Shown here piece by piece: positions 29,533-41,478 of a stretch of DNA of 64,000 nt. This stretch comes from Escherichia phage vB_Eco_BCPEco_001. A program made the position numbers and the translations under genes. The notes below the pieces were generated by a model. It had not been told where the DNA came from, did no database searches, and saw only the letters and a list, made by a program, of their open reading frames with translations. Position 1 is the first letter of the stretch, and each line of letters begins with the position of its first letter. The stretch lies in the sequence record PV295200.1. The stretch is one strand, 5' to 3'.

Positions 29533-30189
29533 TTATTTAGCCCTTCCTAATATTCTGGCCGCCTGAGCACATATTGATTCAAGGCGGTCATTACTTATAT
29601 GATCATTTCTATACCAGTACATGGTTATCGTTCCAGCATAGATATTATCCAAATTAAAATATGGACAACTGTACATGTAGTTTATTTCGGGAGTAGGCTT
29701 TTTAGTTGGTAAAAAAGCAAATTTTGAGTCGGAATAATAATGACGTCCATTTAAATGAACTGTATATTCATCCATAGTTTTATCAACAGGATATCCTCCA
29801 AGTGATTTTTCACTTATTGTTGAAGGTAATTTTCCTTCATATGCTATAATATCAACAAAATAGTTTAAGTTTTTAGGGCGGAAAGAATACACCGCACTAA
29901 AGTCTGCCTCAGATGATATGTGAACTATCTGGAGTTGTTCCAGGGCGACAGATTCAAAGCGTGCATTTCTTTCCTTTTCAATAATTTCACTGTATGTTTC
30001 ATACTTTGATTGCTTATAGTACTCAAAGAAACTATCTCCCCTATACCAAACAATCGCCATCATAAACAAAAGAATTACGACAGCTACCCGGGAAGCAAGA
30101 ACTTTCCCGGTAGCGTTATCTTTGAACAAGCGATCTAGAACACCAAATAGAATATCAGAGGGCGAAAATGATATTCTAGGTGCTGCCAT
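29533..30189 (-). CDS. t: Holin T
   Basis: 218 aa, single N-terminal TM, large periplasmic domain; abuts asiA stop. Confidence 0.9.
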   Translation of the reverse strand: MAAPRISFSPSDILFGVLDRLFKDNATGKVLASRVAVVILLFMMAIVWYRGDSFFEYYKQSKYETYSEIIEKERNARFESVALEQLQIVHISSEADFSAVYSFRPKNLNYFVDIIAYEGKLPSTISEKSLGGYPVDKTMDEYTVHLNGRHYYSDSKFAFLPTKKPTPEINYMYSCPYFNLDNIYAGTITMYWYRNDHISNDRLESICAQAARILGRAK

Positions 30190-30220
30190 AGACCCTCCTT
30201 TTAGGGGTATTTATTCAAAA

Positions 30221-31018
30221 TTATACTCTTGGACCATATATTACTCCAACATTTTGCCAAGTTGGAGCAGATCCTATGACAGCATAACCTGCTGCTCCTC
30301 CTGCACCAACCTTTAGAACTTTACCACCATCAGACCAGGCATTTTGTCCATTTCCTCCGGCATCGCCGCCCTGGCCAGAGTGAGCATTTACGAATTGGTA
30401 ACCACCTCCTGGGGCGACGTATGAAGCTGCGCCACCTGAGTAACCACCGCCACCACCTGGGCCAAATGGTCTTCCGCCACCACCACCAATATCTTGCCAG
30501 TGTGCCCCTGAGTGAACACGGTAAGCAATGCCGCCACCACCGCCTCCGCCACCACAGATTACTCCACCATTGTTAATTCTTAATCGTCCACCAATGTCGT
30601 TTTGAATACAATGCCCGCCTTGTTGTCCATTACCATCTCCACCGGAATGAGTCCATCCACCTTGTCCACCTCTACCCCACATATGAGCGCCAATAATATT
30701 TAACTGAACATATTCATTTGGTGTATCTCCGTACATGAAGAATAAAGGAACATCTTTAGAATATGATACTAAATCACCTGTAATATTAAACACTATAGGT
30801 GCATTACCTGCCTCAAAACATCTATCTCGGAACCATTGACCATTGAAGTTATGGTCTGCTCCAAGCGTGTGAATAATTTCTCGTGAGCGACCTGCAAATT
30901 GACTCATCCAGCAAGGAACACCCAATCTTAATTGACCAGCCGCTTGACTCATCCATCGTTGTCCTGTTTCATTTACGGATGAACTACCAATCCAGCCAGG
31001 AACTCCAACTACTGCCAT
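30221..31018 (-). CDS. 38: Long tail fibre adhesin gp38, T2-type with poly-glycine segments
   Basis: 265 aa; GGGGGGGG and GGGGG runs separating variable segments; position distal to gene 37. Confidence 0.85.
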   Translation of the reverse strand: MAVVGVPGWIGSSSVNETGQRWMSQAAGQLRLGVPCWMSQFAGRSREIIHTLGADHNFNGQWFRDRCFEAGNAPIVFNITGDLVSYSKDVPLFFMYGDTPNEYVQLNIIGAHMWGRGGQGGWTHSGGDGNGQQGGHCIQNDIGGRLRINNGGVICGGGGGGGGIAYRVHSGAHWQDIGGGGGRPFGPGGGGGYSGGAASYVAPGGGYQFVNAHSGQGGDAGGNGQNAWSDGGKVLKVGAGGAAGYAVIGSAPTWQNVGVIYGPRV

Positions 31019-31054
31019 AATTTATACTCCAAAGGGGGCATTTCCCCCTTGTTG

Positions 31055-34000
31055 TTAGAATTTAAAATATTTACTAATTTTGCGAGCAATTTTAGTGAAG
31101 AAAGGCGTTTTTAATTCTTTAATTTCTTCACTCATTTCCTGAATGGCCTTAATTAAAAGAGCATTCACAGCGGAGTTAGAAATTGTCAGAACTTCGTCTG
31201 GTTTATCAAGATTGCCAATTTTCGAAATATTAATCGCTTCTGGTAATATTTCTTGTAAATCCTGTGCGATAATGCCGATCTCATGACCGATAATTTCACG
31301 GTCCTTAAGAGATTTAACTTTATCGTAAGTTTTCACTTTCAGTTTACCAATCAAACTTAACGCATTTCCGGTATAATCTTCTATATTGTCTTTAAGGCGA
31401 CGGTCTGATCGAATATAAACATCGTTAAAGTTTCCGTTGCCACTGGCATCAAAGCTCCCATTTGCATGGAATTGATAATCAGCAGCCTGAACATGAAGAA
31501 TCGCTGTCGCAGTATTATTACTATCACCGGGACAATGAACGTCCAGAGCAGCGATGAAGTTACGCCCCCAATCAACCGCTTTCCAAATAGCATGAGCACT
31601 ATTAACGCTTTGTTGACAGTCAAGCAACAAACCAGCAGGGCGATCTCTCCAATTCACATAAGCACCACCAGAAACTTCACCGCGAATAAGCCCTTGATCT
31701 CCGGCATAAGGAACACGCTCTCCCACTTTAATCATTGCACCCTGGAAGTGATGACTAAATGAACCCCCATGATTATTTCGTATATGTAAAATACCCTCAT
31801 CTGTAGCCCAGATAACAGCCTTTTCTGCATCGCTGCTATCTCTAAACCAGATATGTCGTGCACCAGTTGAGTTTTTGATGGTTATTCCGCTAGGTCCATG
31901 CGCAGTAAAATCGCCAGCAACATCAAACATCAAACTGTTATCTGTCCTGCGTTCCGTATAGAAGTGATAACCTTTTGAATCGCCGACTTCCAATACTGCC
32001 GCGCGACCAACTTCTGAATTTCCCCAATTGTTGATAGAGAATCGTTCAGAGCTATTATTCATCTGATTTAGGTATAATGTACCATCAGTGAATGTTTCGC
32101 CAAAGAAACGAGTTTTAATTGCACCTGTCGCTAAAGTACGTTCAGTGGAAAAATGGGCGCCTTGACTATCTTCTAACTGGATGATGTTATCGCGCGCATT
32201 ATTACTATCACCCCAATGGTTAAATTTAAAATAATCTCGTGATCCTAAACGTCCGGCATCAAAAGTCATCAAGCCTTTTATATTAATATCACCACCAAAA
32301 AATGCGGTGAGAGAATCGCGTTTTAATTTTAAAACGTTAGCACCACTAGCACCACCCAAAGTAACATCACCAGTTCTTAATTCATAACGGAAAGGTCTAT
32401 TTGTATTAAAGTTTCCATCTTGATCATCTTCGTCGGTGGAAAGAATATAAAGACTCTCTCCATCATTACGTAAAATTGTACCAAATTTTCCGCCATACAT
32501 ACGGAATGCATTCAATGAGCGGAATTTAACTTCTGTTTTAAATGTGGTAGTGTTATTAAGGTTAACAGTAGAGTTAAAATTGGTAGGAGCACCGAAGTTA
32601 ACAGCACCATTAAAATCTTGTTGAGCTGTCCATGTGTGGCGACCATCTTCAAGAACAACACGGCGGACTGTGCAAGTTCTATTTCCAGAATTACCGAACA
32701 CACGAACGACAAAATAACGGTAGTTTGTCTGGGATACAGTACCGCGCCAAACCTGAACAGTACGCCCTGTGCCAGTGTGTTCGCTAGGACCAACGGAAAA
32801 CATAACCAAGTTTCCGTCAATCGTCCCCCAATCCATATTTGCTGGCATATTCTTTATTTTGTTCAAAGGAACACTAAACATACTACCAGGAACAAAATCA
32901 AATGTTTGCCAATCTAACTCCGCTAATTGAGCTTTAATACCACCCATACCCAAAGTAATTGGAAGAGAATAAGATGTATATACTTCGTTCCATGCACCCC
33001 ACGCACCACCAGTATATGCACGCTCAAAAATACGATCGCGAGTAGTTGCACCCGTTCCGGCAGTAGTAAATTTTTGGAAAATAGCACCACCAGAAGCACG
33101 CTGTTTAACTTCCAGCAAACCAACAATAACGGCTGGTAAACCTTCACCAGTAGGACAGTTAATAACGGCATCAGTGCCTAAAATGTTATATAACCCAGGA
33201 GTTTTAAAATCATTCAGATCTCCATCATAGAAAGTCGCTGGTGTGCCATGACCAACCTGCTTCCATTCCTCCCACTTAGGTGCACTAGCATCCCATGCAG
33301 CAGCGAGACAACGAGTATAAACCATACCCATGCGGGTAGTATAACGCTGCGTTCTTGCGTATAAACCACCTTCAAATATTTCTAAAAATCCTTGTGCGGC
33401 TGATCCTTCTTCTGGATAATGGCGATCAAATGATGCGATTGCGCTTGAACTGTTTCTCCATAAGCCACAATGTTCTAATTCTCCCAAGCTATCAAGGTCA
33501 ATCGTTTGTGAAAGTGGACGAGTTGACGCTTGAACATTACGCCACACACCCCATGGACCATCGACGCCATTCCATTTAGCAGATAAGGAACGAATATAGA
33601 CGTTACCAGATCTTACAGTATAACGCTGAGTGCCAGCAAATTGGCCGGCCACAAATACTTCTAGTACACCTACGGCATTTTCTTCTGGGAATTTATTTGC
33701 TGGTTGCGCATTTGTTGAAGTAGATTTCGACCAAACACCAAGATATTCTTCAATGGGCCCATACGTATCTAAATTAGCATCAGTAGGTAATTCGCCATTA
33801 TTTTTTATAAATGTTGTGCTATTGACATTTATGTCAGATGGAGTTAGCGTGATATCTTTTGACCCATCAAAAGATATACCATTAATTTTCCTAGGTGTTT
33901 GCAATTTAGTAGCTGTGCTAGAATTTCCAATTAAAGTTCCAGTTATATTTTCTGTAACCTCTAAAGACCCATTTATAGTTCCTCCATATTTTAAACCTAA

Positions 34001-34147
34001 TTCTATAACACTACCTGAGTCATCTTTTGTGAAAATTGTTTTATCTTTTAAGTTTATAGCCAATTCACCTTCGGCTAATACTGAAGCAGCAGGACGTTGA
34101 CCTGCGGTTTTGCTTCTTTTAAATTGTATTTGTTTTAAAGTAGCCAT
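31055..34147 (-). CDS. 37: Long tail fibre distal subunit gp37 with C-terminal intramolecular chaperone domain
   Basis: 1030 aa; C-terminal [10 protein letters not shown]... autoproteolytic chaperone motif. Confidence 0.9.
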   Translation of the reverse strand: MATLKQIQFKRSKTAGQRPAASVLAEGELAINLKDKTIFTKDDSGSVIELGLKYGGTINGSLEVTENITGTLIGNSSTATKLQTPRKINGISFDGSKDITLTPSDINVNSTTFIKNNGELPTDANLDTYGPIEEYLGVWSKSTSTNAQPANKFPEENAVGVLEVFVAGQFAGTQRYTVRSGNVYIRSLSAKWNGVDGPWGVWRNVQASTRPLSQTIDLDSLGELEHCGLWRNSSSAIASFDRHYPEEGSAAQGFLEIFEGGLYARTQRYTTRMGMVYTRCLAAAWDASAPKWEEWKQVGHGTPATFYDGDLNDFKTPGLYNILGTDAVINCPTGEGLPAVIVGLLEVKQRASGGAIFQKFTTAGTGATTRDRIFERAYTGGAWGAWNEVYTSYSLPITLGMGGIKAQLAELDWQTFDFVPGSMFSVPLNKIKNMPANMDWGTIDGNLVMFSVGPSEHTGTGRTVQVWRGTVSQTNYRYFVVRVFGNSGNRTCTVRRVVLEDGRHTWTAQQDFNGAVNFGAPTNFNSTVNLNNTTTFKTEVKFRSLNAFRMYGGKFGTILRNDGESLYILSTDEDDQDGNFNTNRPFRYELRTGDVTLGGASGANVLKLKRDSLTAFFGGDINIKGLMTFDAGRLGSRDYFKFNHWGDSNNARDNIIQLEDSQGAHFSTERTLATGAIKTRFFGETFTDGTLYLNQMNNSSERFSINNWGNSEVGRAAVLEVGDSKGYHFYTERRTDNSLMFDVAGDFTAHGPSGITIKNSTGARHIWFRDSSDAEKAVIWATDEGILHIRNNHGGSFSHHFQGAMIKVGERVPYAGDQGLIRGEVSGGAYVNWRDRPAGLLLDCQQSVNSAHAIWKAVDWGRNFIAALDVHCPGDSNNTATAILHVQAADYQFHANGSFDASGNGNFNDVYIRSDRRLKDNIEDYTGNALSLIGKLKVKTYDKVKSLKDREIIGHEIGIIAQDLQEILPEAINISKIGNLDKPDEVLTISNSAVNALLIKAIQEMSEEIKELKTPFFTKIARKISKYFKF

Positions 34148-34155
34148 AAGTCCTC

Positions 34156-34806
34156 TTAATAATAGCCGAAATCTTGAACAGAATCCTTCATTACGATTTG
34201 GTCAAATCGTGGAACGTGTGAAGGTTGAGATGCAGGATTCTGCGAAAAAAGGTTTGGCGCAGTTAAATTTCCTGTCATAGTGTCTCCAGAGCGTAATACC
34301 CTAGAGTTTGCATTTGCTGTAACAGTATTTATTGCTCCATCAACATAATCTTTGCGAGTAACATCAGATGCTGCGGAAGGAGTAGATGTAACAGTTACAG
34401 ATGGAGCCGTTACAGCTTTGGTAAATGTTGTCAAACCTTCTGGCGTAATAGTAATTTGTCCAGTAGTGATTTCACTACCTGCAGGTCTAAAACTAATACC
34501 GCCGGAAGAGCCGCCAACTACAAGAGTATTACCGGTACCGCCACCAGAACGAATTCGAATGGGGGTTTCATTATTACTTAATTGAAGATAACTATTTACC
34601 CCGTAATTAATAGTAATTGGACCGGTGTAAGTACCACCATTAGCTTTAGAAACGAAATCGTTATCAGCTGCCTGTGGTTTATTATATTCTGAATATATTT
34701 TAAATGATTTGTAGAGTACATCGTCACCGGCTGAATTCAATGGAAAATTTCCTTGATGCCAAATGACAGATCCACCTACAGTTGAACCTACTTTTAAATC
34801 AGCCAT
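34156..34806 (-). CDS. 36: Long tail fibre hinge connector gp36
   Basis: 216 aa; position. Confidence 0.88.
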   Translation of the reverse strand: MADLKVGSTVGGSVIWHQGNFPLNSAGDDVLYKSFKIYSEYNKPQAADNDFVSKANGGTYTGPITINYGVNSYLQLSNNETPIRIRSGGGTGNTLVVGGSSGGISFRPAGSEITTGQITITPEGLTTFTKAVTAPSVTVTSTPSAASDVTRKDYVDGAINTVTANANSRVLRSGDTMTGNLTAPNLFSQNPASQPSHVPRFDQIVMKDSVQDFGYY

Positions 34807-34829
34807 TATATGCCCCTTTATTTTAATAT

Positions 34830-34837
34830 TATTTATA
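34830..34837 (-). promoter_or_regulatory. Late promoter (TATAAATA on minus strand) upstream of gene 36
   Basis: Plus-strand TATTTATA between genes 35 and 36. Confidence 0.5.
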
Positions 34838-34842
34838 AAGAA

Positions 34843-34866
34843 AAAGGGAACCCGAAGGCTCCCTCA
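34843..34866 (-). terminator. UUCG-loop hairpin after gene 35
   Basis: Minus-strand GGGAGCC-UUCG-GGUUCCC then U run. Confidence 0.5.
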
Positions 34867-34868
34867 GT

Positions 34869-35984
34869 TTAAACTTCTCTAAATTCTTGCCCAAACACTT
34901 TGCCAGTTTTAGAAGAGGCTTGTGTAGGAAGTACCATTATATCTGGAGGTGAAGCCGATTCGCAGACATAATTAACGCGAATACCGTTGACGCCAAATTC
35001 GGCAGGTTTTGAAATGCCGCCATTTCTTGATACTTCAGAAAAGCTTAAATTTCTCATGCCGCCTTGACCTGCTTGGGCAGTTCTTTGTGTGTATATCGTA
35101 AATCCTACTGCATTTTCAGGAACAACTACATAATCTTCTTTTAATTCCCAAGACCCAGCTTGCCCAGTAAACTCAGCTTGGGTAGAGGAAATATATCCAT
35201 TTGATGCATCATAAAAACGAATGGATATGTTTGTAGTTCCAAGATCAAGTAAATCAGCATCAGCATATAACTGTGCTTTAAGATAAAGAACATCACCAGG
35301 AATTAAATTATAGTCAGAAAGTTTACTTATAGCAGCTGAAGTTGGCAATCGCGCAATTTCGTTATTAGTTCCACCAACTGCTGACATGAATTGCTCTACA
35401 CTTTCATAAGTTCTTTTTGGAAATCCTGTCGCTCCGACGTCTTCTAAACTATCAAATACAACATCTAAAATAGTTTGATAATCATCTGTGCTTTTTCTAT
35501 TACTTAGTTTAACATGCTCTAATGCAATAGCTCTTTTAGAAGAAGTATAAAAAGCAGCATATGACACGTCAAATCTTGACAATACTGAATCTGATGGAAA
35601 AACTGAAGTTCCTGCTCCCCTTAACCAAGATACCACTTCAGGAGGAAAATTAACCTTTCCGCTAGTTAATATAGCAACAAGTCTATTGTTTGACAAAGAA
35701 TTCATGAAACTGACAAAAGTGGTAGATGTTGTATTGTTTGAAGCAGAAAAAGCATATGACTTACTATCAACTAATGCTCCCGTAGAAGGGTCAAAAACTC
35801 TTAAATGAAGACCTGCACTAAATGTTTGATTTCCAACGGGATTATCCTGAAATTTAACATATGGTCCCGCAGTAGAAAGCGGGCAAGAACCCGCTATGCT
35901 TATTTTATATCTTACTGAATTGCTTTCCGATAAAAATGGCGTTTGGACATATCCTTGTCCAAACTCTGCCATAAATTTTTCCAT
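34869..35984 (-). CDS. 35: Long tail fibre hinge gp35
   Basis: 371 aa; position. Confidence 0.88.
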   Translation of the reverse strand: MEKFMAEFGQGYVQTPFLSESNSVRYKISIAGSCPLSTAGPYVKFQDNPVGNQTFSAGLHLRVFDPSTGALVDSKSYAFSASNNTTSTTFVSFMNSLSNNRLVAILTSGKVNFPPEVVSWLRGAGTSVFPSDSVLSRFDVSYAAFYTSSKRAIALEHVKLSNRKSTDDYQTILDVVFDSLEDVGATGFPKRTYESVEQFMSAVGGTNNEIARLPTSAAISKLSDYNLIPGDVLYLKAQLYADADLLDLGTTNISIRFYDASNGYISSTQAEFTGQAGSWELKEDYVVVPENAVGFTIYTQRTAQAGQGGMRNLSFSEVSRNGGISKPAEFGVNGIRVNYVCESASPPDIMVLPTQASSKTGKVFGQEFREV

Positions 35985-35992
35985 AATACCTC

Positions 35993-38900
35993 TTATTCAA
36001 CCCATTCAAATTTAACAGTTTTATTCACTGGGTCAGGAATAATGCGAACATTACCAATTCGTAAGAAATCACGAATAGTAAGATTACCTATTATTCCATT
36101 ATCAGATGGGATTGCTCCTATATCCGAAGGTTGAGGAGGGTTACCTCCGTCAAATACCTGAACAAAACTTGACCAAGAGTTTTTGGTTTTCTGCCATGTA
36201 CGTGTCCAGCGAGTGGTACGTGCTTCTGGAGTTGTTGGATAAGTAATCCAATCTTGATAAAGCGAATCAAGCGTGTTACCAAACTGAGTCAATGTACCAG
36301 GAGATTTAACCTCTTCGCCACGTTCTAAGTATGGAAGTCCAGTCACTTCATTAGTTTTTTCAACCATCTTAAAATAACCTGGGAACTGGTTATAAGTGGC
36401 TGAATCATTAATATCTATTGACCAGAATCCTACAGTATCAGATGTTGGCGCACGAGTATATAAATCAGAGGTTTTAGTACCCTGAGAACGAATTCTCGAG
36501 TTGACAGTTAAACCACCTGAATTTATAGTAGCACCTTTGGCGATGATTAAGCTTTCACCAATCGTTACTTGACCAGATGCATTATTGATAGCTAAAGGAC
36601 GCAATCCATTAAATCCACCAGTCTGATCACCCGATGCAGTAAGCATAAAATGCGTTACTGACCCACCATTGCGAATAAAGAATCCATAATCACCATTTAT
36701 TGCTCTAAAAGCATTCGACGATTTACTGATAATTTCACCAGTTGCAGTGACTGAATTACCAAATGTTGCTACGCCGTTTGCATTCAATGTTCCTGAAGCA
36801 TTAACATTTATCGGTGTTACTGTACCGTTAATATTAAATGTTATATTTCCAGCTTTATTACGCTGAGAATAAAAATGACTAGACGTTTCATCACTAACTT
36901 CAAATACGGTAGAACGTGTTGTGTCTGATTCCCCACTAAATTGATTACCCCACACTCTGACTGTCATCGTTTGAGCAGGGTTTGTTCCAGTTTGAGGTCC
37001 TTTCTCAAAAATCAGACGAGTTGCCGTTCCAGTATTAGAAATAGTTAATGTACTATTTGCTGAAACTGATCCACCGAATGTAGCAGTACTAGATGATACA
37101 AGAGGGGCACTCAGATTCGTTTGTTGGGTTAAGGTTAGTGAACCATTAACTGTTTGTGCAATGTCCCTACGAATGAACTGGAGCGAATCTAGACCATCTA
37201 ATAAATTACTATCTACAGCTTTTGCTTTTAATGGCAAATAATTTGCTAATACGCGATTTAATTCATATGGTGATACTGCATAACCATTTTTCTCATATGA
37301 TTCTAATGGCTGTGTTGAACCTACCGTATCATTACCAACGAATGTAATTGAACCAGATGAAGTTTTAACAAAGCCTCTTATTGCAGTAGTAGCTGCCCAA
37401 GTAGGTTCACTCTGCACAATCCATTTTAAATTTTTTGGAGATACAGCAGTATTTGCTGATGTTCCAGTCACAGTTTCAGACTGAGTTGCAACTTTAATAA
37501 CACCTTCCTGTGCTTCAGTAGATTTAGTACCTAAAAGCTTTTTAGGAGTTATTAAAACATTATCTAATGTTCCTGCAGCAGCTTCAACTTGTGTAGCTAC
37601 ACGAAGTGTACCACGCTGTGTCTCATTTGCTTCAAGAATATTAAGTGTATAATGGTCCCAGAGAGTTCCTGATTCAACTAATCCAGATAGAGCAACAACA
37701 GAAGTACGATCAGTACTATTAAATCTAGTTTTAATTTTTAATGGTGTAGAGATACGAGTATCGTCGACGCCTGCGTCGAATTCAACCTGTGTAGCAATTT
37801 CAGCTATACCACTTAAACTTTCAGTTGCTCTACGGTCATTTAAAGTTTTAGGAGTGACTGCACGAGTATAGTCAGTTCCTGTATTAACTTCACTTTGCGT
37901 AGCAATTTCAATTAAACCAATTCTTCCATCAGTTGATGTCTTTTTATGTAACGTTTCTGGCGTTACAACCGCATTTGCCCATCCTTCTTGGCTTTGTCCA
38001 GCAATTACTTCACTTTCAACTGCTAAAATTACTGCGCCTTGTTGCGTTGGAGTAGCTTTATACTGATCCAAAGCTTTAGGTGAAACAACTAAATTATTAG
38101 TGTTTTTATTATAAACATTCGTACCATTTAATTCACGGCTAGAAGCTGGAGTAGCTCCTGCAGTAGATACATAAGTTACAATACCAGATAATGATTCAGA
38201 ACCTTGGCGAGCTTGAAGCTTTTTAGGAGTGATGATTGTAGTATCATCAGTACCTGTATTAGTTTCCTGCTGCGTAGCAATTTCAGCGACACCTCTACGA
38301 GTTTCTGTAGCAGTTCTTTCATTCAGCTTTTTAGGAGTGATGATAAGGTCATCTGCAAAAGAGAATGTGGTGTTCTGATTCACTTGAGCAGTAGTTGCTA
38401 TTCTTGCAATACCTCTGCGAGTTTCTGTAGCAGTACGATTAGCTAACGTTTCTGGAGTAATTGCTAATTCTTTTTGTGGAGAATTTTCTAAATCAGCATT
38501 TGCTTGAGCTTGCGTAGCTAAAGCAATTACGCCTAATCTTGCTCTAGTAGAAGCATTTAAAGAGTCTACTCTTTCTACAGTTGGAACGTTTTGCTGTACA
38601 ACCCAGCATTTTCCATCAGAATCTTCTATATAAGCAAGTTGTAAAACTGGTACATAATTAGTTTCACCGTTAAAAACTAATTCTTGAACTGTTACCCATT
38701 CAGCTTCAGGCGGATATTCTGAACGTTTTGGGAATTGCAGCAATTGAACTGAAGAAGCAATTTTATCTTCACCAGCAGCTTTGATTTTAACTGTTTGTCC
38801 TTTTCTCATGTAATTCATGGAAATTTTAACAGTATCACCAACAGAAATATCAGTCGGAAGCTGAAGTTCAATTGTTTGGGTTGTTCCATTATTCGCGCCA

Positions 38901-39862
38901 AATACCATGACTTCTTCATTTGGACGAATATTTGAATTAGTTGTTATAATGCGTAAACGTGCTTTACTATCCCCGTCAAACAATCTCCACAATTTCTCAT
39001 TATCGTCAAACATCAAGAAACCGTCAATCGATGTACGGCCTTCAATGGAATGAGTTCCAACTTCTTGTACTGAAGTCGTTTCATCGTATGTAGTAACAAT
39101 TGTATGATAAAGTGGATTCAGTTTATCTAAATCAACGAAATTAATAATATCGCCATGATTAGCAAATCTCGGAAGTTTAACATTAATTGGCGCAGCAGAA
39201 GTAAATCTACGTACGATAAAATCATTAGATTGTGCTTGATATGCAGTCGATGGAGTAACAATCGCAGCTTCTCTGCTATAATCAGCAATATACATTTGCC
39301 ACAAACGATTATTAAAAATGAATACCATCTGTGACTTTGGATGAGTCATTAAAACTGAACGTACCTGTTCACCTCTAAAATTGACAATACTCTGATTTGA
39401 AGAATTTATTTTAACCTGATTTATGCCAGGTTTTCCACCGATATCTTGAATTATTACGGTTTCTCCATCAAGCGGAGAAGGTGGTAAAGTAAACTCAATG
39501 TCATTGCCAACTGATGTATCTACTGAAATTGCTTCTCCGGATTTTAATTGATATGGTCCAGATGATACGGTTGTATATACAGCATCAGTACGTAATGCTT
39601 TCCAACGAATTCTATTAAAATTTCCAGCAGGTTTTGGAATATTATCCGTTGCTGCCCAAAAACGATTATTATAAATGATTACAAAATCTTTTAAATATCC
39701 ACGAGTTGGATCATATTGCTGAACTGTGTTTTCTTGAATTAAGTAATCAACGTTAACACCGTCAGTTCCTACGGTACGATCAGCTAAAGCTACGTTGATT
39801 ATTTTATCGCCACCTGCGTCCAGACCATCTTCTGCTCTGAACTTTCTTTTAATCTCGGCCAT
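35993..39862 (-). CDS. 34: Long tail fibre proximal subunit gp34
   Basis: 1289 aa as T4 gp34; internal ITPKKL...IAT repeats. Confidence 0.93.
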   Translation of the reverse strand: MAEIKRKFRAEDGLDAGGDKIINVALADRTVGTDGVNVDYLIQENTVQQYDPTRGYLKDFVIIYNNRFWAATDNIPKPAGNFNRIRWKALRTDAVYTTVSSGPYQLKSGEAISVDTSVGNDIEFTLPPSPLDGETVIIQDIGGKPGINQVKINSSNQSIVNFRGEQVRSVLMTHPKSQMVFIFNNRLWQMYIADYSREAAIVTPSTAYQAQSNDFIVRRFTSAAPINVKLPRFANHGDIINFVDLDKLNPLYHTIVTTYDETTSVQEVGTHSIEGRTSIDGFLMFDDNEKLWRLFDGDSKARLRIITTNSNIRPNEEVMVFGANNGTTQTIELQLPTDISVGDTVKISMNYMRKGQTVKIKAAGEDKIASSVQLLQFPKRSEYPPEAEWVTVQELVFNGETNYVPVLQLAYIEDSDGKCWVVQQNVPTVERVDSLNASTRARLGVIALATQAQANADLENSPQKELAITPETLANRTATETRRGIARIATTAQVNQNTTFSFADDLIITPKKLNERTATETRRGVAEIATQQETNTGTDDTTIITPKKLQARQGSESLSGIVTYVSTAGATPASSRELNGTNVYNKNTNNLVVSPKALDQYKATPTQQGAVILAVESEVIAGQSQEGWANAVVTPETLHKKTSTDGRIGLIEIATQSEVNTGTDYTRAVTPKTLNDRRATESLSGIAEIATQVEFDAGVDDTRISTPLKIKTRFNSTDRTSVVALSGLVESGTLWDHYTLNILEANETQRGTLRVATQVEAAAGTLDNVLITPKKLLGTKSTEAQEGVIKVATQSETVTGTSANTAVSPKNLKWIVQSEPTWAATTAIRGFVKTSSGSITFVGNDTVGSTQPLESYEKNGYAVSPYELNRVLANYLPLKAKAVDSNLLDGLDSLQFIRRDIAQTVNGSLTLTQQTNLSAPLVSSSTATFGGSVSANSTLTISNTGTATRLIFEKGPQTGTNPAQTMTVRVWGNQFSGESDTTRSTVFEVSDETSSHFYSQRNKAGNITFNINGTVTPINVNASGTLNANGVATFGNSVTATGEIISKSSNAFRAINGDYGFFIRNGGSVTHFMLTASGDQTGGFNGLRPLAINNASGQVTIGESLIIAKGATINSGGLTVNSRIRSQGTKTSDLYTRAPTSDTVGFWSIDINDSATYNQFPGYFKMVEKTNEVTGLPYLERGEEVKSPGTLTQFGNTLDSLYQDWITYPTTPEARTTRWTRTWQKTKNSWSSFVQVFDGGNPPQPSDIGAIPSDNGIIGNLTIRDFLRIGNVRIIPDPVNKTVKFEWVE
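37580..38570 (-). repeat. In-frame tandem coding repeats in gp34 (approximate bounds)
   Basis: Recurrent peptide motif (V/I)TP(E/K)(T/K)L...AT(E/T)...G...IATQ at least 6 times. Confidence 0.6.
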
Positions 39863-39896
39863 TCTCCCGGGCTCCTATTGTGTTTTCAATAATAAG

Positions 39897-39904
39897 TATT
39901 TATA
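39897..39904 (-). promoter_or_regulatory. Late promoter (TATAAATA on minus strand) for tail-fibre gene 34
   Basis: Plus-strand TATTTATA about 35 nt upstream of gene 34 start. Confidence 0.6.
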
Positions 39905-39907
39905 CCT

Positions 39908-39938
39908 GTTTACTTTAAGATTTAGATAGTATATAATA
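39908..39938 (+). promoter_or_regulatory. T4-type early promoter upstream of rnh, divergent from gene 34 late promoter
   Basis: GTTTAC ... TAGTATATAAT. Confidence 0.55.
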
Positions 39939-39966
39939 GAAATCTCACTAATTGAACGAGGTTCAT

Positions 39967-40884
39967 ATGGATTTAGAAATGATGCTGGATGAAGATTACA
40001 AAGAAGGAATTTGCTTTATTGACTTTAGTCAAATTGCTCTTTCAACTGCTCTGGTAAACTTCCCAGATAAAGAAAAAATTAATTTATCAATGGTTCGTCA
40101 TTTGATATTGAACTCAATTAAGTTTAATGTCAAAAAAGCAAAAACGCTTGGATACACTAAAATTGTGCTGTGTATTGATAACGCGAAATCTGGATACTGG
40201 CGTCGTGATTTCGCTTACTATTACAAGAAAAACCGTGGAAAAGCACGAGAAGAATCTACTTGGGACTGGGAAGGTTATTTTGAATCCAGCCATAAAGTTA
40301 TAGATGAATTGAAAGCTTATATGCCATACATTGTTATGGATATTGATAAGTATGAAGCGGATGACCACATTGCTGTTCTTGTTAAAAAGTTCTCTTTAGA
40401 AGGACACAAGATTTTAATCATTTCGTCGGATGGTGACTTTACACAGCTTCACAAATATCCAAATGTTAAGCAATGGTCACCGATGCATAAGAAATGGGTT
40501 AAAATTAAAAGCGGTTCTGCTGAAATTGACTGTATGACTAAAATCCTTAAAGGCGACAAAAAGGATAACGTTGCTTCAGTTAAAGTACGATCTGACTTTT
40601 GGTTTACCAGAGTTGAAGGTGAACGAACTCCTTCAATGAAAACTTCAATCGTTGAAGCTATTGCTAATGACCGTGAGCAAGCTAAGGTGCTTCTCTCAGA
40701 ATCTGAGTATAATCGTTATAAAGAAAATTTAGTTCTAATTGATTTTGATTATATTCCTGATAATATTGCTTCAAACATTGTGAATTACTATAATTCATAT
40801 AAATTACCACCGCGTGGCAAAATTTATTCATATTTTGTAAAAGCGGGTCTTTCTAAATTAACTAATAGCATTAATGAATTTTGA
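39967..40884 (+). CDS. rnh: RNase H (5'-3' exonuclease / flap endonuclease)
   Basis: 305 aa from ATG 39967 (MDLEMMLDEDYKEG...); ORF-track start 39952 is TTG. Confidence 0.92.
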   Translation: MDLEMMLDEDYKEGICFIDFSQIALSTALVNFPDKEKINLSMVRHLILNSIKFNVKKAKTLGYTKIVLCIDNAKSGYWRRDFAYYYKKNRGKAREESTWDWEGYFESSHKVIDELKAYMPYIVMDIDKYEADDHIAVLVKKFSLEGHKILIISSDGDFTQLHKYPNVKQWSPMHKKWVKIKSGSAEIDCMTKILKGDKKDNVASVKVRSDFWFTRVEGERTPSMKTSIVEAIANDREQAKVLLSESEYNRYKENLVLIDFDYIPDNIASNIVNYYNSYKLPPRGKIYSYFVKAGLSKLTNSINEF

Positions 40885-40892
40885 GGTGAATA

Positions 40893-41162
40893 ATGGCTAA
40901 AAAAGAAATGGTTGAATTTGATGAAGCTATCCATGGCGAAGACTTGGCTAAATTTATTAAAGAAGCATCTGATCATAAACTGAAAATTTCCGGTTATAAT
41001 GAATTGATTAAAGATATTCGAATTCGTGCCAAAGATGAACTTGGCGTTGATGGTAAGATGTTTAATCGTCTATTAGCTTTGTATCATAAAGATAACCGTG
41101 ATGTGTTTGAAGCTGAAACTGAAGAGGTAGTTGAACTTTATGACACAGTTTTCTCTAAATGA
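40893..41162 (+). CDS. dsbA: DsbA dsDNA-binding late-transcription enhancer
   Basis: 89 aa; position between rnh and 33. Confidence 0.8.
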   Translation: MAKKEMVEFDEAIHGEDLAKFIKEASDHKLKISGYNELIKDIRIRAKDELGVDGKMFNRLLALYHKDNRDVFEAETEEVVELYDTVFSK

Positions 41163-41478
41163 CATTCGTCCGGTCGATGAGACCGGTCTTTCAGAAAAAG
41201 AACTTTCAATTAAGAAAGAAAAGGATGAAATTGCAAAGCTTCTTGACCGCCAAGAAAATGGATTTATTATTGAAAAAATGGTAGAAGAGTTTGGAATGAG
41301 TTATCTTGAAGCTACAACAGCATTCTTAGAAGAAAATTCTATTCCTGAAACTCAATTTGCTAAATTTATTCCTTCGGGTATAATTGAAAAAATTCAGTCA
41401 GAAGCTATTGACGAAAATCTTTTACGTCCTTCTGTTGTTCGTTGTGAAAAAACTAATACATTAGATTTTCTACTATGA
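41140..41478 (+). CDS. 33: Late transcription co-activator gp33
   Basis: 112 aa from ATG 41140; position. Confidence 0.8.
   Translation: MTQFSLNDIRPVDETGLSEKELSIKKEKDEIAKLLDRQENGFIIEKMVEEFGMSYLEATTAFLEENSIPETQFAKFIPSGIIEKIQSEAIDENLLRPSVVRCEKTNTLDFLL

Noticed and set aside
30330-30620. GC-rich stretch as possible foreign DNA or repeat array
   Set aside because: It is driven by glycine codon runs on the minus strand encoding the poly-Gly linkers of gp38; not a CRISPR array or non-coding repeat.
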